Assembly: GCA_030390025.1 (NCBI GenBank)
Contig: JASTWF010000033.1
Coordinates: 4,342,001-4,406,000 of the forward strand
Direction: 5' to 3'
Source: Squalus acanthias
Lineage: Eukaryota
DNA length: 64,000 nt
A program made the position numbers and the translations under genes. The notes under the pieces are model-generated. The model was given only the letters and a program-made list of their open reading frames with translations. It had not been told where the DNA came from and searched no databases. Below, piece after piece: positions 51,455-62,200 of this stretch; within the stretch, counting starts at the first letter, position 1, and every line of letters starts with the position of its first letter.

Positions 51455-52699
51455 ATGAAGTCAGCCATGGTAATCCTAATCTTCATGATTGAAGCAAGCG
51501 CGAGTCACAGGGGCGACCCCGGGAATCGGTTGTCTTCTCCTGCACCGGCGGAGACGGACCGACCGTGACCACTGGAGGTGGCTCGAATGATGGGGCGAGC
51601 GTCTATCTCCACGAGGGAAGATGTCCTGGATGGCTGTGCTCGAATTCCACCCGGTATTCCAGCCATGACAAGTTAACCTATGGTGAAGCGTCCATCCCAT
51701 TCCTGAGAATAGGGGTTAGCACCTCCCGGGTTAGGGTAACAGAGGGTAAACGGGTGTGCCTTAGCTGTAGGGGACACATTCCACTGGGAAGGTGGTGGTG
51801 GCTCAGGAAACAGAGCATGGATACAGGGGACCAGACAGCTGACTGTGAAAGACTAAGTACTGACACGTACCGGACGATCACGGGTTCTCAGGGAGGAGTG
51901 AATGTGTGTTGGGATAAGTGGTGGGAATCCGAGGAAGGGATTTATGTGTGTATGTGGGGGTCGGAAAAGATCTGCCCAGCGGGTGTGTTGATCGCGTTTA
52001 GCAGGCGATGGCAGGACGCCAGGGGTGGGATCGGTTGGGATCGGAGTGTGTACTCCTGTTTGATCCCAATACCCCCGAATACCATCAACGCCACAGAGCT
52101 CATCCAACACACCAGGAAGCCCCCGCCCAGAGCCCCGACGGTACAGACGGCTGTAGATGGGTGTCCCACCACCACCAGGGGTCCAGGGAATGGGTTGGTG
52201 TTAATCCCGACTGACAAAGTGTTGTTTCAGAACGTGCTCTACGCCGTGGCATCCGTGACCCTGAACCTGACTGAAGTCCATCTGCCTGTGTGGTGTCCAA
52301 GGAAGACGGAGAAGCTTTATGAAGCTCTGTTAAAAGCGATGTTTCAGGAATTTTTTGAACTGGACCATGGACATGTAGAGAAAGAAGAGCTTAATAATCT
52401 GAATGTTGGGGATAGTGTGGGGTCCGGGAGGCAGTGAACAGGGACCTGGAACGATTCCTTTTCTGCCGGAACATCTCACTGAGTTAATAAAGACCGTTGA
52501 ACTCTCCCAGAAACATTTTTACACTTTGGAGCAAAAGACAGTAGAAGTGGGGGAGGAGATCAGGGGGATTGTCTCGCCACCATGGTGGGATATCGGTCTG
52601 AGTGTAGAGATTCCTCCCTGGATCCGCATCTGTTCCCATGCATTAGTTATCATACAATTGTTGCTTGTAAGCTACTTGTTCTACACCAGCTGCAGGTGA
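51455..52699 (+). pseudogene. env: env-like gene: signal peptide, Ig-like domain, fusion-protein-like remnant, heptad and TM anchor; frameshifted and internally deleted
   Basis: Acceptor TTTCTGTGTCTTTTCAG at 51436; MKSAMVILIFMIEASAS; ORF 51565-52437; C-terminal LTELIKTVELSQKHFYTLEQK...HALVIIQLLLVSYLFY. Confidence 0.75.
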
Positions 52700-52854
52700 T
52701 GGAGACAGATGCTCCGAGCGCGGTGACAAGGGGTGTTAGATCGATCCGGAAAGGTGTCATTGATTTATGTTGATGATGGTTTCTCCCTGCAAAAACTTGT
52801 AATGTACCAAGGTTCTGTTAGCAAGTGTATTGTATTCTGGTTATAGTTTTACAC

Positions 52855-53098
52855 TCTGTATTGTGCGATGTGCGCTGTTGTATTTTTGTAATGTGTTACC
52901 ACCTGTCAATGCTGTACTGTGTGATGTGCGCTGTTGTATTTTTGTAATGTGTTACCACCTGTCAATGCTGTACTGTGTGATGTGCGCTGTTGTATTTTTG
53001 TAATGTGTTACCACCTGTCAATGCTGTACTGTGTGATGTGCGCTGTTGTATTTTTGTAATGTGTTACCACCTGTCAATGATGTACTGTGTGATGTGCG
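52855..53098. repeat. 56-bp tandem repeat, ~4 copies, in the proviral 3' untranslated region
   Basis: GTGATGTGCGCTGTTGTATTTTTGTAATGTGTTACCACCTGTCAATGCTGTACTGT repeated. Confidence 0.93.
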
Positions 53099-53375
53099 CG
53101 GTGACCTTTTGGTAACGTCCTGTGGATCTTATTAATTTTCTGTATTTTGACTTGAAGTTTGTCGGTGGGAATTGGAACCCAGCCATTTGAATGTGTTCAG
53201 AAGCCGTTTCGCTGATGTTTTGACTCGGTAGAAGGGAACTATGACACGCGGTAAGGGGGTACAGTTCTGAGGTTAAAATGTAAAATTAGGGAAACAGCTT
53301 CACTTGTGGGAGACTTTGGCCTTTGCTCTCTCACCGAGTGATGCTTTGTGTAAAGACAAGCATCATACGGGGGAC

Positions 53376-54407
53376 TGAAGAGATCGCAAAGTCTCTGTTT
53401 GAAGAATGGACTCAGTCGAGAATATTTTGTGGATATTATGGGATTTTTCGGAGGGTATTTTCCCTGTGATGGGCTCACCTGGGCAGATATGTGAAAAAGT
53501 GGTTTGTTAAAACTCCAGAGAATGCATGGCAGTTGGCTGTGACAAAAGAACTGTCAGTCATCCAGAATATGCAAAAGCACTTCTCACCTCCATCTCAGAA
53601 GAGAAGCAGAACAATGAACCCACTGGCCTAGCCAGCCGGAGAGGAGCCAATTTTTCCCAACACAAAGACCGAATTATGTCCCAGACTTAGGGCCATCAGT
53701 ACAAACACGGATACACATGGGTCTGAGGATGACCCCATCACTGATTAAGCACTGGAGTGCTTAGAAACAAAAGGATTTTAAAGGTTGGCGGGAAAGATAG
53801 GGGTAGCAAGACTCCTATAAAGATAGATCCTTTCCCACCATCTCTCTCTCTCTCTGTCTCTCTCTCGCCCCAACAAGATCGACCTAACAAGAAGTACCAG
53901 AGGAAGAAGCAGCTAAGCAGAGCGATCGAGACGGACTGTGTGTGGGGCTAAGCATGGTCTCGAGTGTCCCAAGCCGGTAACCAGAGGGCTCAGAGTTTTT
54001 CTCAAAAGTGAGGCTTTTGGGCTATTCTGAGGGTCAGAGCTTCATTTGGTTCAGCCAGGGGAAAGGGCCTTATGCGACTGAGTAATTCGTTGGTAGGGGT
54101 GGAATGAGACTCCACCATAGCAACAAGGGAATTGCTGCTTGTCATAGTCCTCAGTTTTGTACTGTATGTATGTTGTTTGTAACCTGGATTTTATTCTCCA
54201 CAGAGTCAGTAATTTCGTTTAGTAGTGCATGTTTTAGCCAGTGTATGTTAGACCAAATAAATATAAGTTTGATTTTTCACTGAAACATTCCTGTCCGTGA
54301 CTTATTTCACACTCTGAATAATAATTCCCGGGTATAGAACTTTCGTAAGGCGGGGGCGATTCGAACCGTCCATCTAGCAATTGGGCTAGGATCAAAAACC
54401 ACTTACA
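53376..54407 (+). repeat. 3' LTR
   Basis: Colinear with 42049-43067; preceded by a short purine tract GGGGGAC. Confidence 0.93.
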
Positions 54408-56040
54408 TAGGGAAATGGTGTTAGGGAAATTGATGGGATTGAAGGCCGATAAATCCCCAGGGCCTGATAATCTACATCATAGGGTATGTAAGGAAGTGGC
54501 CAAAGAAATAGTAGATGCATTGCTGGTCATCTTCCAAAATTCTATCGACTCTGGAACAGTTCCCATGCATTGGAGGATAGCTAATGTAACTCCACTATTT
54601 AAAAAAGGTGGTCCAGAGAAAACAGGGAATTATAGCCCGGTAAGTCTGACATCGGTAGTGGAAAAAATGCTTGAGTCCATTATAAAAGATGTAATAGCAG
54701 AGCACTTGGAAAACAGTGACAGGATCGGACAAATTCAACATGGATTTACAAAAGGTAAATCATGCTTGACTAATCTACTGAAATTTTTTGAGGATGTAAC
54801 TGGTAGAATAGATAAGGGAGAACCAGTGGATGTGGTGTATTTTGACTTTCAGAAGGTTTTCGATAAGGTCCCGCATAAGAGATTAGCAAGCAAATTTAAA
54901 GCACATGGGATTGGGGGTAAGGTACTGCCTTGGATAGAAAACTGGTTGGCAGACAGGAAGCAAAGAGTTGGAATAAACGGGTATTTTTGACAGTGGCAGG
55001 CAGTGACTAGTGGGGTACCGCAGGGATCGGTGCTAGGACCCCAGCTATTCACAATATATATTAATGATCTAGACGAGGGAACTAAATGTAATATCTCCAA
55101 GTTTGTAGACGACATAAAGCTGGGTGGGTGTGTATGCTTTGAGGAGGATGCAGAGAAACTCCAGTATGATTTGGACTGGTTGGGTGATTGGGCAGATGCA
55201 TGACAAATGCAGTATAATGTGGATAAATGCGAGGTTATACACTTCAGTGGCAAAAACAGGAAGGCAGATTATTATCTGAACGGCAATAGATTGGGAAAAG
55301 GGGAAGTGCAACGAGACCTGGGAGTCCTTGTGCACCAGTCGCTGAAGGTAAGAATGCAGGTGCAGCAGGCAGTTAAGAAGGCAAATGGTATGTTGGGCTT
55401 CATAGCGAGAGGATTCGAGTACAGGAACAAGGATGTCTTGCTGCAGTTGTACAGGGCCTTGGTGAGACCACACCTTGAGTATTGTGTGCAGTTTTGGTGG
55501 CCTTATCTGAGGAAGGATGTTCTTGTCATGGAGAGAGTGCAGCGAAGATTCACCAGACTGATACCTGCGATGTCAGGAATGACATATGAGGAGAGATTGG
55601 GTCGATTAAGCTTATATTCGCTAGAGTTTAGAGAATGAGAGGGGATCTCATTGAAACTTATACAATTCCAACAAGACTAGACAGACTAGATGCAGGAAAG
55701 ATGTTCCCGATGGCGGGGGAGTCCAGAACTTGGGGTCACAGACGAAGGATAAGGGGTAAGCCATTTAGGACTGAGATGAGGAGGAATTTCTTCACCCAGA
55801 GAGTGGTGAACCTGTGGAATTCTCTACCACAGAAGGTAGTAGAAGTCAATTCATTAAATATATTCAAGAAGGAGCTAGATATTTTTCTTAAGGCTAAAGG
55901 AATCAAGGGATATGGGGAGAAAGCAGGGACAGGGTACTGAGTTTGGATGATCAGCCATGATCTCATTAAATGGCAGAGCAGGCACGAGGGGCCGAATGGC
56001 CTACTCCTGCTCCTATCGTCTATGTTTCTATGTTTCTATG
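54408..56040 (+). mobile_element. CR1 LINE (RT to 3' end)
   Basis: KADKSPGPD, DFQKVFDKVPH, GVPQGSVLGP, RPHLEYCVQFW; (TTCTATGT)n tail. Confidence 0.95.
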
Positions 56041-56059
56041 AAACTGACAACAGGGGAAG

Positions 56060-56290
56060 TAAGGGGAACACGCTAACTGTTTAATTAGAAAAAGTGAACA
56101 GGGGGAGTAAGGAAAACACGGTAATTGTTTAGTTAGATATAGCGGACAGGACCATTATGGGGAACACAACAACTGTTTAAATAGAAATAGAGGAGTTGGA
56201 AATTTAGTGGAACACAGTGACTGTTTATTTGGAAATAGAGAAAGGGGAATTAAGAGGAACAGGGCAACTTTTCAATTAGAAATGGAGGAC
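56060..56290. repeat. Degenerate ~48-bp tandem repeat, ~5 copies
   Basis: Recurring GGAACAC..AACTGTTTA.TTAGAAA. Confidence 0.6.
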
Positions 56291-56299
56291 ATAAATAGA

Positions 56300-58738
56300 G
56301 GTCTTCAAATATCCTAATATATACTGGGATAGAAATCGTGTAAAGGGCAGAGAGGGGAACCAATTTCTGAGGTGTGTTCAGGAGAACTTTCTTGATTAGT
56401 ATGTTCCCGGCCCAACGAGGAAGGGGAGATTGCTAAATCTGGTTCTGGGGGATGAGGTGGGTCAAGTGGATCAATTTCTGTAGGGAACAATTAGGGAACA
56501 GTGATCATAGAATCATAAGGTTTAGATTAGATATTAAAAAAAGACAGGGAGCAATCTAGAGTAAAAATAGTTATTTGGAGGAAGGCCAATTTCAGTGGTT
56601 TGAGAACTGATCTCGCCTGGGTAATTTGGAATCAAAGATTGGCAGGCAAAGCTGTAATTGAACAAGGGGCTGCCTTTAAAGAGGAGATGGTTTGGGTACT
56701 GCCGAGGTACTTTCCCACAAGGGGGAACGGTAGGGCAACAAAAGCCAGAGCGCCCTGGATGATGAAAAAGATGGAGAATAAGATGAAGGAGGAAAAGGGG
56801 GAGTATGACAGATGTCTGGCTGAGAATACAAGTGAGAACCAGGCTGAATATAGAATGTTCAGAGTTGAAGTGAAAAAGGAAATAAGAGGGGAAAAGAGAG
56901 TAGGAGAATAGACTGACAGCTAACATAAAATGCAATCCAAAAGTCTTATATATGCATATAAATAATAAACGGGTAGTAAGAGGAGGGGTAGGACCGTTTA
57001 GGGACCAAAAGGGAGACCTACGCATGGAAGCAGAGGGCATGGCTGAGGTACTAAATTAATACTCTGCATCTGTCTTTACCAAGGAAGGAATGCTGCCAAA
57101 GTCATAATGAATGAGGAGGTACATGAGATACTGGATGGGATAAAAATAGGTAAAGAGGAGGTATTAGAATGGCTAGCAGTACTTAAAGTAGATAAGTCAC
57201 CAGGAAGGGATGGGATGCATCTAGGATACTGAGGGAGGTAATGGTGGAAATTTAGGAAGTACTGTCCATAATCTTACAATTCTCTTTAGATACAGGGGTG
57301 ATGCCAGAGGAAAGGAGAATTGCAAATGTTACACCCTTGTTCAAAAAAATTCTGGAAGGATAAACCCAGCAATTACAGACCAGCCAGTTTAACCCCGATA
57401 GTGGGGAAGCTTTTAGAAACGATAATCCGGGACATAAGTAACAGTCACTTGGACAATTCTGGATTAACTAAGGAAAGCCAGCACGGATTTGTCAAAGGCA
57501 AATCGTGTTTAACTAACTTGATTAATTTTTTGATGAGGTAACAGAGAGGGGTGATGAGGGCAATGCGGTTGATGTGGGATACATGGACTTCCAGAAGGCG
57601 TTTGATAAAGTACCAGATAATAGGATTGCCAGAAAGTTGAAGCCCATGGAATAAAAGGGACAGTGCCAGCATGGTACGAAATTGGCTAAGTGACAGTACA
57701 CAGAGAGTAGTGGTGAGCGGTTGTTTTTCAGACTGGAGGAAAGTATGCAGTGGTGTTCCCGAGGAGTCGGTACCAGGATCACTGCTTTACTTGATATATA
57801 TTAATGACTTGGACTTGGGTATACAGGGCACAATTTCAAAATTTGCAGATAACACAAAACTTGGAAGTATAATGAACAGTGAGGAGGAGAGTGATCGTCT
57901 TCAAGAGGAAATAGATAGGCTGACTGAATCGGTGGACACCTGGCAGATGAAATTTAACCCAGAAATATGCGAATGATACATTTCAGGAGGAAGAATGAAA
58001 AGAGGCAATATAAACTAAAGAGTACAGTTCTGAAGGGGTTGCATGAACAGAGCAACCTGGGGGTATATGTGCACAAATCGTTGAAGGTGGCAGGGTTGGT
58101 CGAGAAAGCAGGATCCTGGGCTTCATAAATAGAGGCAGAGAGTAGAAAAGCACGGAAGTTATGATGAACCTTTACAAAACACTATTTCGGTCTCAACTCC
58201 AGCATTGCGTCCAATTCATGGCACCACACTTCAGGAAGGATGTGAAGGCCTTAGTGAGGATTCTGAAAAGATTTACAAGAATGGTTCCAGGTATGAGGGA
58301 CTTCAGTTACATGGATAGACTTGAGAAGCTGCGGTTGTTCTCCTTAAAGCAGTGAAGTTTGAGAGACGATTTGATAGATGTGTTCAAAATGATGAGGTGT
58401 ATCGTCAGAGTAAAGAGAGCAAAACTGTTCCCATTGGCGGAAGGGTCGCGAACCAGAGGACACAGCTTTAAGGTGATTGGCAGAAGAACCAAAGACGACA
58501 TTTGGAAAAAAAAATTATGCAATGAGTGGTTATGATCTGGAATGCCCTGCCTGAAAAGGTGGTGGAGGCAGATTCAATCGTGGCTTTCAAAAGGGAATTG
58601 GATATGTACATGAAGTAAAAATTATCAGGGCTACGGGGACAGGGAAGGGGAGTGGGAATAGTTGAAGTTCTCTTGCAGAGAGCTGGCACGGGCTCGACGT
58701 GCCGAATGGCTTCCTTCTATGCGGTAAATTTCTATGAT
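56300..58738 (+). mobile_element. Degraded CR1 LINE (late endonuclease to 3' end)
   Basis: KDKPSNYRPASLT, QHGFVKGKSCLTNL, FADNTKL, QHCVQFMAPHF. Confidence 0.9.
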
Positions 58739-58747
58739 TTTATTATT

Positions 58748-58945
58748 GTCCTTTGCAATGGAATAGCACTTTACAATGGAATAGATCTTTTCAATATAAT
58801 AGTACTTTGCAATTGAACAGCACTTTGCAATTTAATAGTACTTTGCAATGGAAAAGCAATTTGCAATATAATAGTCCTTTGCAATGAAATAGCAACTTGC
58901 AATGGAATAGTCCTTTGCAATGGAATAGCACTTTGCAATATAATT
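58748..58945 (-). repeat. 18-bp monomer array related to the 54-bp satellite, inverted orientation
   Basis: CTTTGCAATGGAATAGCA is the reverse complement of TGCTATTCCATTGCAAAG. Confidence 0.8.
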
Positions 58946-59249
58946 GAGCTTTGCGGTGGACTGTGATTTTAAATGGGCGCCACTTGTGTTGCAGGATGGG
59001 GTCCCGCCCCGCTGCTTTGTGCCATTGTCTGGAGCCGCTCACAGGCAGTGCTGCTGCTCACACATACCCAGGCAGGCAGCACATGGTGCAGGGAGGAAGG
59101 AAGGAAGGAATGGCGGCTGCAGATCGCCAGCTCGGCTCCTGTGTGAGTGAGCGAATGTGGAGCTCAGGACCACAAGGGCCTGGGGGATTGGAGGGGGTGA
59201 AATGCATGTAGGGGGTGATTGACGCCCGAAGAGATGGGCACGGAAGGAG

Positions 59250-62200
59250 GGTGAAAAGAAGCAAATAAAATCAAGAATAAATAATAATAATAGCATATCT
59301 ACTTTACTTCTGTAAATTAAATCTCTGCATTCTGTGATTTGAGTGGAGTGGAATAAAATGAATGGAAAGATCTCACAGCAGCTTTTGCTCTGAAAACACT
59401 CGACAAACATTCCCCAATGGAGCCCAGTCAAGAAAAACATCAAATGAATTATTCTGAAAATAATAATAAAATAAATATAATATATATATACTTTGTTTTT
59501 ACAAAAGTCTTGTCTGTCTTAGTTGGGTTGGGAATTAAAGGGAGAGTAAGGTCCAACAGCAGGATATGCTCTGACATATCCCACAAACATTCCCCTATAA
59601 AGTCCAGTCCAGAAAAGTATCAAATGTCTTGATGTATATAATAGAGATTTGCTTTTTCAAAATTCTGGATAGAAGGGCAAAGAAAGATCCCACTGCATTG
59701 CAGTCTGGAATGAAATCAGTATGTTATAATGGTATATACTTTCTGTTTTTTTCAGACATGAGATGCAATACCAATGCACACGGCAGATAACTTGAACACA
59801 GACAAGCCCTGCATACACACCAGCTTTTGCTGTCTGTCTCTGTCTCACATACACATATAGGCACAAGCCAGACTGCAAAATTGCCACAAATCACTGTCAG
59901 AAATGAAAGAATGTTGATTTATATCATTGCTCTGCTCAGCTTGGCAGTTTAAAAGAAAACAGAGAGTTTTCATTATTTTATCTTTTCAGTTTGCGGCCTA
60001 CAGAAACAGGCTTTCTATTCTGCATTAAAAGCAAATGTTGTGGATGTGGGAAATCTGGAAAAAAAACAGAAAATGCTGGAAATACTCAGCAGGTAAGGCA
60101 GCATCTGTGGAGAGAGAAAGAGTGTTAATGTTTCAGCTCGATGACCTTTTGTCAGATTCTGGCAAGGTTCTGACGAAAGGTCATTGAGCTGAAACATTTA
60201 CTCTTTTTATCTGTATCTCCACTGATGCTGCCTAACCTACTGAGTATTTCCAGCATTTTCTGTTTTTATTTCTATTCTGCATGTTGTCTTGATTTCATGT
60301 GTGTCTCTCACTGCCTGGCAGCCTGCCTGCCTTGTCTTGAATTTAGTAGTGTGGAATAAAAATAATGCAAATAGCCCAGAGCAGCTTTTATTGTCAGACA
60401 GTCCACGTATACATTTTTCAGTATCTCACTGACTGACTGTCTGTCTTGCAGTGATGTGAAATGAAATAAAGTGTAATGAAGTGATACACAACAGCATTAC
60501 ATGTGGACCAGGCCAGAATGAAATCAATAGGGTTTAATACAACAAGAACTGGTAATTAGACAGCAGACCACATCTCACACAAACACCAGCTTTTGCCCTC
60601 TCTCTCTCTCTCTCTCTCTCTGACACACACACACACACACAGAGACATCACAGCCTGGCCAGCCTGCAGAATGATGACTGCCATGTTGTAAAATTAAAAC
60701 CAAAAATACACTTTTCCATAGCTTATCTTTTCACTTTGTGGCCTACAGAAACAGGCTTTCTATTATGCATCTTGCCTTTTGATTTCATGTCTCGCTCTCT
60801 CACTGGCTATCTGTCTGTCTGTCTCTCACTCACACACTCTCCCTCCCATCCAGAGTGAACTGAAACTTACAGTGACATGTCACACAGACACACAGAGACT
60901 CTGCAATTTGCAGACACACAGACACCCACTTACATACAAACTCACTCACACAGACTCTGCAATTTGCAAAAACTTACACACACACATTTATTTTGAAAGA
61001 TTTGCAGCCTGGGACTGTCAATGTTTGATGATGTCTCTTCCTGGCTGTGCGTCCATGTTTGATGAGGACAATCAAACAGGAAGATGTGAAGCCGAGACCC
61101 CAGAAATCCGGGACCCCGAAAGGAAATGAAAGCCCGTGAGGGTGAAAAGAAGTAAATACAATCAGGATTAAATAAAATATATACTTTACTTCTGTTAATT
61201 AAATGTCTGCCTGTCTGTGGTTTGACTGGAGTGTAATACAATGAATGGAAAGATCCCACAGCAGCTTTTGCTCTGAAAACATCCCAAGCACATTCCCCAA
61301 TAAAGACAAGTCCAGAAAAAAATCAAATGGATTATTTGAAAACAATCAAAAAATATAATATATACTTTTGCTCTAACAAATGTCTTGTCTTGTTTGTGTT
61401 GGGCTGAAGGGGAGATCCCACAGCAGGATGTGCCATAGAACACTCCACAAACATTCCCCTCTAAAGTCCAGTCCAGAAAAATATCAAATGGCTTGATGTA
61501 TATATTTAGAATTGCTTTTTACAAAATTCCTGAAAGAAAGGCAAAGTAAGATCCCCAAACAGTGCAGTCAGGAATTAAAACAATATGATCAAATGCAGTA
61601 AACTTTCTGTTTCTTTCAGACATGAGATGCCGTACCAATGCACATGGCAGATAACTTGAACACAGACAAGCCCTGCATACACACCAGCTTTTGCTGTCTG
61701 TCTCTCTCTCTGTCGCACACTCACACACACACACACACACACACACACAGCCAGCCTGCAAAATTGCCACAAATCACTGTCTGCTATGTTTGGCAGTTTT
61801 AAAAGCAAACAGACAGTTTTCAGTATTTAATTTTTACATTTTGCGGCCTACAGAAACAGGCTTTCTATTCTTCATCAAAAGCAAATGCTGTGGATGTAGG
61901 AAATCTGAAATGAAAACAGAAAATGCTGGAAATAGTCAGCAGGTAAGGCAGCATCTGTGGAGAGAGAGAAACAGAGTTAATGTTTCAGCTCGATTACCTT
62001 TTGTCAGTTTCTGGGAAGGTTCTGACGAAAGGTCATCGAGCTGAAACATTTACTCTGTTTTTCTGTATCTCCACTGATGCTGCCTAACATACTGAGTATT
62101 TCCAGCATTTTCTGTTTTTATTTCTATTCTGCATGTTGTCTTGATTTCATGTGTCTCTCTCACTGCCTGTCTGCCTTGTGTTGATTTGAGTAGAGTGGAA

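Larger units (their letters stand above)
42049..54407 (+). mobile_element. Endogenous retrovirus-like provirus (LTR-gag-pol-env-LTR), defective; lokiretrovirus/spuma-related by inference
   Basis: Two ~1-kb direct repeats TG...CA, PBS, short PPT, gag/PR/RT/RH/IN order, env-like ORF. Confidence 0.92.

Noticed and set aside
51500..51525. RGD motif after the env signal peptide
   Set aside because: A tripeptide near an unlocated frameshift; may be chance or out of the true frame
61080..61155. Possible rRNA fragment, snoRNA or exon in the 1.9-kb unit (GACCCCGAAAG..., TGATGA motifs)
   Set aside because: Only short motif resemblance; no sustained match or conserved frame between units
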